IMG/VR virus record: IMGVR_UViG_3300007177_000042
Length of the DNA: 64,000 bases
Source of the DNA: a virus
Taxonomy: Duplodnaviria > Caudoviricetes
Reading direction: 5' to 3' (one strand)
Within the stretch, counting starts at the first letter, position 1. The number at the start of each line of letters is the position of its first letter. The notes beneath the pieces were generated by a model. That model was not told the DNA's origin and searched no databases. It was given only the letters and a program-made list of their open reading frames with translations. The translations under genes and the position numbers were made by a program. Below, piece by piece: positions 20,564 through 30,803 of this stretch.

Positions 20564-20788
20564 TTATGTTTGTTCAGATGCAACAGAAGTAATCACAGAT
20601 TGACTCTCTGGAGACAATTGTGATATCTGGTGGTTATAAATTTGATCTCTAAAGTTGGTATCATTTACAAACAGATGTAGCGATTTGTTCACTAAATCTT
20701 GTAAATAAAACTTCTTTGAAGACGATAGTTGTTTGAATTGTTCGTAGATTTCTTTATCTACTTTTACGCTTGTTAACGATTTTGACAT
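20564..20788 (-). CDS. Putative ribbon-helix-helix DNA-binding protein
   Basis: LTSVKVDKEIYEQFKQLS...LQDLVNKSLHLFV fits the strand-helix-helix pattern; first gene of the glycan operon. Confidence 0.55.
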   Translation of the reverse strand: MSKSLTSVKVDKEIYEQFKQLSSSKKFYLQDLVNKSLHLFVNDTNFRDQIYNHQISQLSPESQSVITSVASEQT

Positions 20789-20800
20789 AACTTTGAACAA

Positions 20801-20810
20801 TACATATATA
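20801..20810 (-). promoter_or_regulatory. TATATATGTA box upstream of the 13-kb glycan operon
   Basis: Same 10-mer in sense orientation at 42624-42633 (-) and 52722-52731 (+). Confidence 0.4.
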
Positions 20811-20836
20811 TTCGTTAACAGTGTATATATTTTTAT

Positions 20837-21742
20837 TTACTCTTTTTCTGATTTATCTTCTTTGGCATCACAATTTGTTTTGTAATGAGGACAATATTTG
20901 CAATTCTTCTTGTTTTTTCCGGGATTTTTTGGATAACGTCCGTTTTCGTTGTATTGTCCATCCGGTGTAAAACATTCGTCTACAAACTGAGTAAACGTCG
21001 TCAATGCACTAGAAATGTGTTGTTTTCCATGAGACGGTTCAAAAATCTGAATACGATTCTGTGGGAAATCTACATTTTCAAGCAGTTTTCTCTTCAAAAT
21101 GTAAAATTCAATATCAATCATGTTCAATGGAACGTCGAATTTCTTTGAATAAAACGCCTTGTACAAGAGTAACTGTGAAAACTTGCTTTCATCTGCAAGC
21201 TGATACTTGTTCCAACCAAGCGAACTGGTTTTGAAATCCCAAATTTTATATTTACCGGTGGTTTTATCTTTCAGGATCAAGTCTACATACGCAATAAAAT
21301 TCACGTTATTTTTGATAGGAACTTCAAGGGGAAGTTCAACGCCAATGAACTCATATTTCCTACTCGGAAAATGCTTCATACGATTTGTAGAACTAATGAA
21401 TGTATTGAGAATGTTTTCACCATCGGTGAGAAATTCTTGATATTCTTCCTCAGTATATTTTAGTTTATCTTTATTTTCGTCTAACTCATTACGAAATTCC
21501 TTACGGAATTCGGTAACCAAACTAATTTCATCTGCTTTTTCATGACCTTCCGTATACAGAGTTTTGATGTAATTCTGAATAGTATTGTGAATTGCAGTTC
21601 CGAAACAGGTGTTTAGACTAGCTTCATACACTCTTAAACCTTTCAGATAATTCAAATACCAACTATGTGCACATTTGAACCATCCAGCATACTGGGAAAA
21701 GCTTACCGATTTTTTCTTTTTTTCTTCTATATTTTCAGACAT
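20837..21742 (-). CDS. PD-(D/E)XK RecB/Cas4-like exonuclease with putative Fe-S cysteines
   Basis: SFSQ..C, FGTAIH, VELPL, VDLI, WDFKTS, QLLLY, C-terminal CKYCPHYKTNC. Confidence 0.85.
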   Translation of the reverse strand: MSENIEEKKKKSVSFSQYAGWFKCAHSWYLNYLKGLRVYEASLNTCFGTAIHNTIQNYIKTLYTEGHEKADEISLVTEFRKEFRNELDENKDKLKYTEEEYQEFLTDGENILNTFISSTNRMKHFPSRKYEFIGVELPLEVPIKNNVNFIAYVDLILKDKTTGKYKIWDFKTSSLGWNKYQLADESKFSQLLLYKAFYSKKFDVPLNMIDIEFYILKRKLLENVDFPQNRIQIFEPSHGKQHISSALTTFTQFVDECFTPDGQYNENGRYPKNPGKNKKNCKYCPHYKTNCDAKEDKSEKE

Positions 21743-21748
21743 AGTTAT

Positions 21749-21777
21749 ATGATATCATAACCAAAACCAAAAGTCCA
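21749..21777 (-). promoter_or_regulatory. Sigma70-type promoter, predicted leaderless
   Basis: TGGACT-N17-TATCAT with extended -10 TG; ATG 7 nt after the -10 box. Confidence 0.55.
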
Positions 21778-21791
21778 TTATATATTCACGT

Positions 21792-22559
21792 ATGAAAACT
21801 TTCGTCATTTCACTTTTATCCATTTTAACTGCTTTTAATTTATATTCTCAAGGAGTATTTTTTGTAGATAAACAAACCGGTACTGTATCTTTAGAAAATG
21901 TAGTGAATAATACTCTCTCAACTAATTCTCCATTATCCGGTCAGACATACACTATCAACAACCAAAATTATGCAATCAAAACAGGAACAAATTCGGACGT
22001 AACCTTATTTTTGTCTAATGACGTCTATATCAGATCCAAAGAATCTACTCACTTGACACTTGATAATTTTGATCAATCATTTTCAAACATCGATGGATTG
22101 CCATCTAAGACAAGTTACACAACATTTAACAGTTCTTTGTCTTTGATAGAAGGAGAACTTGAAGTGGTTTCTGATCAAAAATCTGGCGACGAAAACATTG
22201 CAATCGTTGCTACATCATTGGCTTCTATCGTGTTGTCTAAAGGAAAATATGTTATAAGTGCAGATGATCGCACAACAATTGTTGTTGTACTTGAAGGATC
22301 CGCCACGCTGTTAGACAATTCTTCTAAAAAGAAAGAGATTGTAAAATCAAATCATACAGCTGTAGTTGTACCAGCACCAAAGTTTCAAGGACGAGGCGTA
22401 GAGACTTCTATTAAACGAGGCAATATTTTTACGATCAAACAAACAGCGAATACCGATTCTGAATCATATCTATTGAACGTTAATACAGTTGAAGAATCTG
22501 CCAAACAGTTTAGATTTATAACAATCGATAAGACAGTTCGCGGTGTTAGAATAAATTGA
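21792..22559 (+). CDS. Secreted FecR-domain-like protein
   Basis: Signal peptide MKTFVISLLSILTAFNLYS; IKTGTNSDVTL.LSN, LSLIEGEL, IVATSLASI..GK, TIVVVLEGSA. Confidence 0.6.
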   Translation: MKTFVISLLSILTAFNLYSQGVFFVDKQTGTVSLENVVNNTLSTNSPLSGQTYTINNQNYAIKTGTNSDVTLFLSNDVYIRSKESTHLTLDNFDQSFSNIDGLPSKTSYTTFNSSLSLIEGELEVVSDQKSGDENIAIVATSLASIVLSKGKYVISADDRTTIVVVLEGSATLLDNSSKKKEIVKSNHTAVVVPAPKFQGRGVETSIKRGNIFTIKQTANTDSESYLLNVNTVEESAKQFRFITIDKTVRGVRIN

Positions 22560-22584
22560 CACGCAACATCTTGATTGATACTGT
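22556..22584 (+). promoter_or_regulatory. Sigma70-type promoter for the DNA polymerase unit
   Basis: TTGACA (containing the FecR stop codon)-N17-TACTGT; ATG at 22591 is 7 nt later. Confidence 0.5.
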
Positions 22585-22590
22585 GATTGG

Positions 22591-22821
22591 ATGAATCTTG
22601 AACAACTCCAATCATTGAACGACGACGAAATTTCGATGCTTTGGTATATTGTCAATAAACTGACAACACCAATTATATCAGGTATCGAACTGGAACCAAC
22701 ACTTTTTACATCTATTGATAACCGAGCATTGATTGATCGAGTCGTACAAGCACAATCATCCGTTACAGAGGCAGCATTGCCTATTTATGACAGTCTGAAA
22801 CTCAAGATGGGTATTAGTTAA
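22591..22821 (+). CDS. Hypothetical protein
   Basis: ORF fills the gap directly upstream of the polymerase. Confidence 0.65.
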   Translation: MNLEQLQSLNDDEISMLWYIVNKLTTPIISGIELEPTLFTSIDNRALIDRVVQAQSSVTEAALPIYDSLKLKMGIS

Positions 22822-22827
22822 TAAGTT

Positions 22828-25494
22828 ATGTATCAAAACATTTATATCGACAAAAAGAATGAAATCGTCCATTTGTGGGACGATCAAAAGGGTTATCTTC
22901 AATTTAAGATGCCTAAGTATGCATATCGTAAGAAAGCTGGCGGAAGATATCGTTCTGTATACGGTGATGAATTGGAAAAGGTTACCTTTTTTAATAGAAA
23001 CGATCCTAGTATTTTTGAAGGCGACGTACCAACCGAAACGAGAGTTCTGATTGATGCATACGAAGATAGTGACGAACCATCTAAAGGACACCGTATTTTG
23101 TTTTTCGATATCGAGGTTGACAGCGAAGGAGGATTTCCAAATATCGAAGAAGGAGATAAGGAAATCACCGCTATTGCCTTGTATGAAAGCGTAAGCAAAA
23201 AGTATATTGCCATGATTTTGGATAAGGAACAAAAGCTCCAAAATTATGAAACCGACGACACGACTGTATTGAGTTTTTCAGATGAAGAGTCGTTGATCAG
23301 TTACTTCATGAATAAGTGGGAAGAAATCCAACCAACCATTGTAACGGGATGGAATATTGATGGATTTGACGTTCCATATTTGTATAATCGTATCAAACGA
23401 GTCATGGGTGGAGCTTTTGCTAAAAGATTGAGTCCAATTCAGGAATGTTATTACAATACATTTTCTAAACGAATGGTTGTAGCTGGTATTTCCTGTCTTG
23501 ACTATCTTACGCTATATCAGAAGTTTAGTGGTAAGAACGAGCCTACTTATGCATTGGGTGCTATTGGTAAAAAAGTTGTTAATATCGAAAAGATTACGTA
23601 TCATGGTAGTTTGAATGATTTGTATAAAGCAGATCTTAAAAAGTACATTGATTATAACTTGAACGACGTTAAAATCGTTGTGGCAATCGACAAAAAGACA
23701 CAATTCATCGACTTGGCTCGTAGTATTTGCCATACTGGGCACGTTGGATACGAACAATTTGGAACATCTTCAAGATACCTTGAGGGTGCTATTCTGATGT
23801 ACTTGCGTCGTAAAGGACGTGTTGCACCTAATAAACCAATGGAGGGTCGAGACGAATATGAACAGAGATTGGAAGACGGAGAAGAAGGATTTGAGGGAGC
23901 TTATGTTAAAAGTCCTGTGCCTGGTCGTTACGAATGGGTTTATGATTTGGATCTTACATCAATGTATCCGAATATCATCATCTCACTTAACATATCTCCT
24001 GAAACTAAAGTAGGAGTAATCAATCGTATCGAATATGATGATTGTTATTTGGATGAACGTAAGGCTGAATTGATAGAGTCCTATGAAAATTTAAGTGACA
24101 GCACCAAATCTAAAACACCCGTAGAAGACTACATCAATCAACGATTGTATTTGTACAATGCTCGTATGTTCTCACAACGAAAAGTGAGTAAGTATTACAT
24201 TGGTAATATTGTATATACTCAAGATGAATTGGAGAATTTGTTGTTTCAGTCCAATATGAGCATTGCTAGCAATGGTGCTATCTATAAACTTCCAAAAGAA
24301 GTTGGTCAGGAAGGAACTGTTCCAAGCATTCTTATCAAGTGGTTCAATGAACGTAAAGAAATGCGTAAGTTGGCATCCAAGTATCATAATGAGGGAAACC
24401 ATGAGTTATATGAGTTTTATGATCTTCGTCAGAAGGTGCAAAAGATTTTGCTCAACTCTATTTACGGATGTCTTGGTCTTCCAGTCTTTCGATTTTATGA
24501 TAAGGACAATGCTGAGGCTGTAACACTAACAGGTGTGGACATTATTAAGACTGCTAATCGTTCAATCAACCAATATTATCGTGGTGTATTGAAAGACAAC
24601 ACCGTCAGAGATCATGTTATTTATGTAGACACCGATTCTTGTTTTGCAAGTGCGTTACCTATCATTCAACAAACCATGCCTGATGTAAATCTCAACGATG
24701 AAAAGCAAATGACCGATGCTATTTTGAAAGTCACTGCTGATGCACAAAAGTATGTAAATACAATGTTCGGCATAATGGCAAAGAAATTGTTCAATGTTGA
24801 ACGACATCGGTTTGACGCAAAACAGGAGGTTATTGCTAAGACGAGTTTTTGGCTTGCAAAAAAACGGTACTGTCAATTGATCATCAATAAAGGTGGATTG
24901 GTATGTGATGAACTAGAAGTCAAGGGCATTGACGTTGTTAGAACATCATTTCCACCACAATTTAGAAAGTTCATGGGAGAAATTCTCATGGATTTCTTAA
25001 AAAAGACAGACAGAGAAGTGGTTGATCAAAAAATCTTGGATTTCAAATCGTCAATTAAGAGTCTAAAAACATTTGATATTGCAAAAAATACAAGTGTTAA
25101 GTTTCGTAGTGGTGACAAGAAAAAGGATTACAATCCAAAACAACGACAACCATTTCAGATATTGAGCGGCACCCCAGCACAAGTAAAAGCTGCGTTGGTT
25201 TATAATGATCTTCTTGATAAGTTTGGACTGTCGAAAGTAGTACCGCCAATTTTCCACGGTCAGAAGATCAAGTGGGTATATGTAAGACAAAACGAGTTTG
25301 GTGTGGACTGTATTGCTATGAAAGCCGACGGTACCGATCCAAAACAAATTTTGGATTTTGTCGATAAATATATCGATAGAGACGCTATGTATGAACAAGA
25401 ATTGAAAAGCAAACTTCTTGAATTCTATAACGTATTGAAGTGGGAATATCCAAACGAAAATAGTGCGGTAGCGTCTGAGTTTTTTGATTTTTGA
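22828..25494 (+). CDS. Family B DNA polymerase (T4 gp43-like)
   Basis: Exonuclease FFDIEV, GWNIDGFDVPY, YNLNDV; polymerase DLTSMYPNII, KILLNSIYG, YVDTDS, KKRY. Confidence 0.97.
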   Translation: MYQNIYIDKKNEIVHLWDDQKGYLQFKMPKYAYRKKAGGRYRSVYGDELEKVTFFNRNDPSIFEGDVPTETRVLIDAYEDSDEPSKGHRILFFDIEVDSEGGFPNIEEGDKEITAIALYESVSKKYIAMILDKEQKLQNYETDDTTVLSFSDEESLISYFMNKWEEIQPTIVTGWNIDGFDVPYLYNRIKRVMGGAFAKRLSPIQECYYNTFSKRMVVAGISCLDYLTLYQKFSGKNEPTYALGAIGKKVVNIEKITYHGSLNDLYKADLKKYIDYNLNDVKIVVAIDKKTQFIDLARSICHTGHVGYEQFGTSSRYLEGAILMYLRRKGRVAPNKPMEGRDEYEQRLEDGEEGFEGAYVKSPVPGRYEWVYDLDLTSMYPNIIISLNISPETKVGVINRIEYDDCYLDERKAELIESYENLSDSTKSKTPVEDYINQRLYLYNARMFSQRKVSKYYIGNIVYTQDELENLLFQSNMSIASNGAIYKLPKEVGQEGTVPSILIKWFNERKEMRKLASKYHNEGNHELYEFYDLRQKVQKILLNSIYGCLGLPVFRFYDKDNAEAVTLTGVDIIKTANRSINQYYRGVLKDNTVRDHVIYVDTDSCFASALPIIQQTMPDVNLNDEKQMTDAILKVTADAQKYVNTMFGIMAKKLFNVERHRFDAKQEVIAKTSFWLAKKRYCQLIINKGGLVCDELEVKGIDVVRTSFPPQFRKFMGEILMDFLKKTDREVVDQKILDFKSSIKSLKTFDIAKNTSVKFRSGDKKKDYNPKQRQPFQILSGTPAQVKAALVYNDLLDKFGLSKVVPPIFHGQKIKWVYVRQNEFGVDCIAMKADGTDPKQILDFVDKYIDRDAMYEQELKSKLLEFYNVLKWEYPNENSAVASEFFDF

Positions 25495-25497
25495 GTT

Positions 25498-25899
25498 ATG
25501 AAAAGAAAAAGTCTATTACAAATACCAGAATCAGGCAGCGACCTGAAACTATATACATCATCTGGTACATTAATATCCAATGGTTATGAACGAGTTGTTA
25601 TTGGTGGTCGTGGTCCATACATTGAATTCACTGATAAACAAATTGAATTGAATTCGTTTGTAATTCCAAAAAATCAATTGTATCGACTAACGGATTTACG
25701 AATATACTACATCGAGTTTAGAAGCAACGATGAATCCAACGTAAAACTTTATTATCAATTGAAAACGGTAGCATATGCAGACTATAAAATCGGATATTTC
25801 TATATCGATCCACATGATCTGTACACAGATACCAACAAGAAATGTATAAAGACATTCGATTATGTAGATGAAACGGCACAGTCGTTTTTTGAATTATGA
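25498..25899 (+). CDS. Hypothetical protein
   Basis: Operon packing; RVVIGGRGPYIEF motif. Confidence 0.65.
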   Translation: MKRKSLLQIPESGSDLKLYTSSGTLISNGYERVVIGGRGPYIEFTDKQIELNSFVIPKNQLYRLTDLRIYYIEFRSNDESNVKLYYQLKTVAYADYKIGYFYIDPHDLYTDTNKKCIKTFDYVDETAQSFFEL

Positions 25900-26672
25900 A
25901 TATAGCCATATTGTTATCTGGTAGAACCGATTTATTTGAATATGCAGTACATGACAATTTGACAAAACTGATTCAACCGTTGATTCAGGATGGTCACGTC
26001 GTGCATTTACATGGCTCGTTTTGGGACACCGATGATGCAAAACAATGTATAAAAAAATACAATGAATATTGGAAAACGGTTGATGTTGAATCATTTACAG
26101 AATATTCATGTGGATTTATAAAAGATTTTAACGAATTCAAACAGTGTACACAAATATATGATTTAGAATATTCACACGCTGTACAAAACACACTTTACTT
26201 TTTGTATAAGATAAACCGTGGATACAAAATCATAAAACAGTACGAATTGACAAATAACTTTAAGTACGATTATTATATTAGATTGCGTCCGGACGTGTGT
26301 TTGGATTCTGAAATAGATATTGATACAATAAAAACCCTCAATGATCAATCGATAATGTTGTACGTAGATCATGTTTATCTACGTGACAACGAATATGTTG
26401 GATATCGAGAAGGGTGGGTCGATGATAATTTCTGTATCGCTACGAGACAACCATTTGAATTATTCTGTTCTGTGTATGATCGAGCAGTAGAACTTTCACA
26501 CAAATACCAATCGGTAGTCAGTCATATTTTGTTACAAAAACTGTTTATAGAAAACCAAATACAATGTATTAGACCCGATCCGAATCTGGTCATGTTTAAA
26601 AAACAAAATAACCAAATAAATCGGTTTGTGTTATTTGGACATACACATCCTGATATATATCCGCCGAAGTAG
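25896..26672 (+). CDS. Putative glycosyltransferase-like protein
   Basis: IAILLSG, YDYYIRLRPDV, DDNF pattern typical of glycan-locus proteins. Confidence 0.5.
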   Translation: MNIAILLSGRTDLFEYAVHDNLTKLIQPLIQDGHVVHLHGSFWDTDDAKQCIKKYNEYWKTVDVESFTEYSCGFIKDFNEFKQCTQIYDLEYSHAVQNTLYFLYKINRGYKIIKQYELTNNFKYDYYIRLRPDVCLDSEIDIDTIKTLNDQSIMLYVDHVYLRDNEYVGYREGWVDDNFCIATRQPFELFCSVYDRAVELSHKYQSVVSHILLQKLFIENQIQCIRPDPNLVMFKKQNNQINRFVLFGHTHPDIYPPK

Positions 26673-26678
26673 TAAATT

Positions 26679-28040
26679 ATGATTAAACTAGTTGTTTTTG
26701 ATTTGGATGGTGTTTTGGTAGAAACCAAAAAACTTCACTATGATGCGTTCAATAAAGCGTTACGCGACGTTGATCCAAAGTACGAAATTAGTTATGACGA
26801 ACATCTTGCCAAATATGATGGATTGAGTACCCACAAGAAATTGAATTTACTCGGTCGAGAAAAAGGATTGTCCGGAATGGAGTTTGAAAGTATATGGTTG
26901 CGTAAACAGTTGTATACTTCACAAATGTTACGTGAATTGAAACCAGATAATAGACTTATAGAGGTTCTTAGAAAATTAAAAGAAAAATATACTATCGCGG
27001 TAGCTAGCAATAGTATTCGTGATAGTGTTAAAATTACACTTTTGAAGTTGGGGATAATGGAGTATGTTGATTTTTATTTATCTAACGAGGATGTTAAACA
27101 CCACAAACCACATCCGGAAATATATTTGAGATCCATGATTAACGCCGGTTTTACACCAAAAGAAACTCTAATTGTAGAAGATAGTGTTATTGGTCGTAAT
27201 GCTGCAAATAACAGTGGATCATATTTACTTGGAGTAAACAATCCATCTGATGTAACATATGAACACATCATGGAACGTATAGATTGTATCAATAAAAATG
27301 TAAAAGTTCCAAAGTGGCAAGGAGGAAAAATGAACGTAATAATACCAATGGCGGGTGCGGGAAGTCGGTTTGAGAAAGCGGGATATACGTTTCCTAAACC
27401 ATTGATCGATGTTCGTGGAAAACCGATGATTCAATGGGTTGTGGACAACTTAAATGTAGAAGCTAAATATATTTTCATCGTACAACGCAGCCATTTTGAA
27501 AAATATAACTTAAAAGAAACACTTAGTAATTTTTGTCCTAACAACGAAATTGTTCAGATTGACGGAATTACAGAAGGAGCAGCGTGTACAACATTGTTAG
27601 CAAAACAGTATATTGATACAGACGAACCATTGATTATCGCAAACAGCGACCAATTTGTTGAGTGGAACAATGAAGAGTTTATTTATACATCGACCACTGC
27701 TGATTTGGATGGAAATATTTTGACGTTTACATCTACACACCCTAAGTGGAGTTACGTTAAAGTAAATGATTTGGGTTATGTGACGGAGGTAGCGGAAAAG
27801 CGTCCTATAAGCGATATTGCAACTGTAGGCATATACTACTGGAGAAAAGGAAGTGATTATGTTAAGTACGCTGAACAAATGATTGCTAAAAACACTCGGG
27901 TCAACAACGAATTTTACGTATGTCCGGTATTTAATGAAGCTATTGCGGATGGCAAGAAAATAAGAACGTTTAACATAGAAAAAATGTGGGGACTTGGTAC
28001 ACCCGAAGATTTGGAGCAGTTTTTGAAGAATTACAAATAA
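26679..28040 (+). CDS. HAD phosphatase fused to sugar-nucleotidyltransferase
   Basis: N-terminal FDLDGVLV, KPHPEIY, IVEDS; C-terminal IPMAGAGSRF..PKPLI, IANSDQ, EVAEK, GLGTPEDL. Confidence 0.85.
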   Translation: MIKLVVFDLDGVLVETKKLHYDAFNKALRDVDPKYEISYDEHLAKYDGLSTHKKLNLLGREKGLSGMEFESIWLRKQLYTSQMLRELKPDNRLIEVLRKLKEKYTIAVASNSIRDSVKITLLKLGIMEYVDFYLSNEDVKHHKPHPEIYLRSMINAGFTPKETLIVEDSVIGRNAANNSGSYLLGVNNPSDVTYEHIMERIDCINKNVKVPKWQGGKMNVIIPMAGAGSRFEKAGYTFPKPLIDVRGKPMIQWVVDNLNVEAKYIFIVQRSHFEKYNLKETLSNFCPNNEIVQIDGITEGAACTTLLAKQYIDTDEPLIIANSDQFVEWNNEEFIYTSTTADLDGNILTFTSTHPKWSYVKVNDLGYVTEVAEKRPISDIATVGIYYWRKGSDYVKYAEQMIAKNTRVNNEFYVCPVFNEAIADGKKIRTFNIEKMWGLGTPEDLEQFLKNYK

Positions 28041-28055
28041 GTTATATGATGTAAC

Positions 28056-28499
28056 ATGAAAATTATATCACACAGAGGAAACATTCGCGGTCCCAAACCA
28101 GAAAAAGAAAACCATCCATCATACATCCAAGATGCTTTCAAAAAGGGTTATGAGGTCGAAATAGATGTTTGGTATATTAATGATAATTGGTATCTTGGAC
28201 ACGATGAACCCCAATACGTAATACCATATGATTTTTTATTTAAAACGGGGTTGTGGCTTCATGCAAAAAATGGTGATGCGTTTTATGAACTCAAAACCAA
28301 CACATATGGGAATGTATTTTGGCATACTAATGAAGACTGGGTATTGACAAATAAAAACTACATATGGACATTTCCGGGTAAAAAGTTATACCCAAACAGC
28401 ATTTGTGTGTTGCCGGAACATGGTTATAACGGAGATATTGATCAATGTTATGCTATATGTACCGACTATCCACAAAAATTTGCAAAACAATATAATTAA
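28056..28499 (+). CDS. PI-PLC/GDPD-like phosphodiesterase domain protein
   Basis: ISHRGN, EVEIDVW, LGHD, WLHAKN. Confidence 0.65.
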   Translation: MKIISHRGNIRGPKPEKENHPSYIQDAFKKGYEVEIDVWYINDNWYLGHDEPQYVIPYDFLFKTGLWLHAKNGDAFYELKTNTYGNVFWHTNEDWVLTNKNYIWTFPGKKLYPNSICVLPEHGYNGDIDQCYAICTDYPQKFAKQYN

Positions 28500-28528
28500 T
28501 GGACAATGTGTTGTTCATGAGTTAAGAT
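28500..28528 (+). promoter_or_regulatory. Sigma70-type promoter
   Basis: TGGACA-N17-TAAGAT upstream of the clamp gene. Confidence 0.55.
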
Positions 28529-28552
28529 AGTTAAAGTAAAATAGTTACAAAT

Positions 28553-29296
28553 ATGACAAAAACAAATCTACAAAAGTTTATTTCAAAATACTCCCTCAAA
28601 GGGACGATCAATGCAGTAAAGTGGGCCGTCAGCACTGCCGACAAGACACTTAGTGTGAAAGCAATAACAGAAGACAAAACGCTTCTGATTGATTTGGTAT
28701 GGAACAATTTTACCGATTTGACCAATGACGTTGAGATCGGTGTCTATGAAACTGATAGACTTGAAAAAATGCTCAAGGCACTCTCCGAAGAGGTTTCTGT
28801 ATCAGTTAATGAGAATGATGGAAAAATCACGTCATTGAACCTTTCAGACGTGAATACGGAGATTCAGTTTATGACGGCTGAATTGACTGTTATTCCTAAG
28901 TCATCGAGTCTTAAGAAAACCCCTCCATATGAAGTAGAAATTGAACTCACCAAGGATTTTACCTCCAAGTTCAAAAGTGCTAAGGACGCTTTGTCTGATG
29001 AAGAGAAGCTAACATTTTTGATGGGCAAAAAGAGCAAGAAGTTGCAGATGGTTATTGGATATAGTTCAATCAACAGTAATAGAGTAACTTTGGATGTACC
29101 AGCGGTTGATGGAAAGGATACCATCAAGAGTGAATTGAGTTTCAACGCCACGTATTTCAAATCTATTTTGGATGCTAATGGAGACTGTGAAAATGCTGTA
29201 CTCAAAGTGTCTGAATCGGGACTTGCATCTGTACAATTTATTTGTGGCGACTTTGTTGCTACATATCACATGACCAAGGTTCAGTCGGCTGATTAA
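28553..29296 (+). CDS. DNA polymerase sliding clamp (gp45/PCNA-like)
   Basis: About 247 aa, repeated beta-alpha-beta pattern, FNATYFKSIL, LKVSESGLASVQF; adjacent to the clamp loader. Confidence 0.7.
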   Translation: MTKTNLQKFISKYSLKGTINAVKWAVSTADKTLSVKAITEDKTLLIDLVWNNFTDLTNDVEIGVYETDRLEKMLKALSEEVSVSVNENDGKITSLNLSDVNTEIQFMTAELTVIPKSSSLKKTPPYEVEIELTKDFTSKFKSAKDALSDEEKLTFLMGKKSKKLQMVIGYSSINSNRVTLDVPAVDGKDTIKSELSFNATYFKSILDANGDCENAVLKVSESGLASVQFICGDFVATYHMTKVQSAD

Positions 29297-29297
29297 T

Positions 29298-29831
29298 GTG
29301 GAAGACATATATCCTAGAGATCTGTTTATAGAAACCGGATCATTTATTGGGGATGGAATCGAACAAGCTTTAGAGTTGGGATACAAATCTGTAGTATCTA
29401 TTGAGTTGTCAGAAAAATACTACAATATTTGTTGTGAACGGTTTAGATTCCATCCCCATGTAAAAATAATCCACGGGGATTCCTATAAAGTTTTGCCAAA
29501 AGTGCTTGAACACGTTGAATGTGTGTGTACGTTTTGGCTTGATGGTCATTATTCTGGTGGTGACACTGCTCTAGGAGATTATAATTCGCCATTATTGTTG
29601 GAATTAGAATCGATTAAAAATCACTATATAAAATCACATACCATATTGATTGATGATTTGAGATGTTGGGTGAAAGATAAGACCCACTTTCATTACGAAA
29701 AAACAGATGTACGAAGCAATCAGTTTGATGTGACCGATATCATTACAAAAATAAAAGAAATCAACTCCGATTACAAATTGAAATATCTTGATGGATATGT
29801 CGAGAATGATGTATTGTTAGCACACTTATAA
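29298..29831 (+). CDS. Class I SAM methyltransferase
   Basis: FIETGSFIGDG, SIELS, GDS, FWLDGHYS, ILIDD; GTG start. Confidence 0.75.
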   Translation: MEDIYPRDLFIETGSFIGDGIEQALELGYKSVVSIELSEKYYNICCERFRFHPHVKIIHGDSYKVLPKVLEHVECVCTFWLDGHYSGGDTALGDYNSPLLLELESIKNHYIKSHTILIDDLRCWVKDKTHFHYEKTDVRSNQFDVTDIITKIKEINSDYKLKYLDGYVENDVLLAHL

Positions 29832-29834
29832 ACT

Positions 29835-30803
29835 ATGAATGACCTATTTGAAGAAGAAGTTAGACCAGAAACCAATGCACACTCGTTGTGGGTCGAAAAA
29901 TATCGACCAACTACTTTGCAAAATTACATTGGAAATGAATCATTGAAGACAACCATTGGGTTTCTTTTGCAAGAAAAGAAAGACATTCCACATCTGTTGT
30001 TTTATGGTGGTGCTGGTACAGGAAAGACCACACTGGCTAAATTGATTACAAAAAACATCAATTGTGATGTGATGTATGTCAACGCATCTGACGAAACAGG
30101 TGTGGAAAACATTAGAACTAGGGTCAAAAGTTTTGCATCATCTGCTGGTTTCAAACCACTAAAAGTGGTAATTCTGGACGAGTGCGATTATTTGTCAGCA
30201 AACTCACAAGCGGCTCTACGTAACATGATGGAGACGTTTTCTGCTACTACCCGGTTTATTCTTACGTGTAACTATTATGAAAGAATTATCGGACCATTGG
30301 TGTCAAGATGTCAGACATATCAGATTTCTCCTCTTTCTAAAAGAGAGGTGGCGATTCATTTGACTAAGATTCTTAATGACGAAAAGGTGTCATACACACC
30401 AGAAGACATTGGATATATTGTTAACACGTATTATCCCGACATTCGTAAGGTCATCAATTTTTCTCAACAGAATTCTATCAACGGTGTGTTGAAAATTTCA
30501 AAGGAGAACGCTCTTAAAACAGACATTCATGAAAAGTTGATTTATCAGTTGAAAAATGGAATTGGAAAGCCTGCTGCGTTCAACGAGATTCGGCAATTTA
30601 TTGCGGATGCGGACATTACACAATTTGACGAATACTTTGAATTGTTGTATAACAAAGTTGACGAGTATGCTCCGGGAAAACAAGTAATTGCGACTGTTAT
30701 CATTGCAGAATATATGTATCAGAGTGCATTGGTTGTTGGTGCATTGAAAGAAGTGTCTTTTATGGCATGTATTAGTAAACTTCTTACAGATCTTAGAAAA
30801 TGA
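29835..30803 (+). CDS. Clamp loader large subunit (gp44/RFC AAA+)
   Basis: WVEKYRP, GGAGTGKTT, NASDE, ILDECD, SRC motif. Confidence 0.95.
   Translation: MNDLFEEEVRPETNAHSLWVEKYRPTTLQNYIGNESLKTTIGFLLQEKKDIPHLLFYGGAGTGKTTLAKLITKNINCDVMYVNASDETGVENIRTRVKSFASSAGFKPLKVVILDECDYLSANSQAALRNMMETFSATTRFILTCNYYERIIGPLVSRCQTYQISPLSKREVAIHLTKILNDEKVSYTPEDIGYIVNTYYPDIRKVINFSQQNSINGVLKISKENALKTDIHEKLIYQLKNGIGKPAAFNEIRQFIADADITQFDEYFELLYNKVDEYAPGKQVIATVIIAEYMYQSALVVGALKEVSFMACISKLLTDLRK

Noticed and set aside
20837-21742. Cas4-like gene as part of a CRISPR system
   Set aside because: No repeat-spacer array or other cas genes seen; stand-alone RecB/Cas4-like nucleases are common in phages
22756-23241. 161-aa minus-strand ORF and other short ORFs within the polymerase
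   Set aside because: Antisense or alternate-frame shadows with no independent support
22828-25494. Intein or intron in DNA polymerase (also checked thyA and helicase)
   Set aside because: ORFs are continuous; insertions are only about 35-50 aa and lack intein or homing-endonuclease motifs
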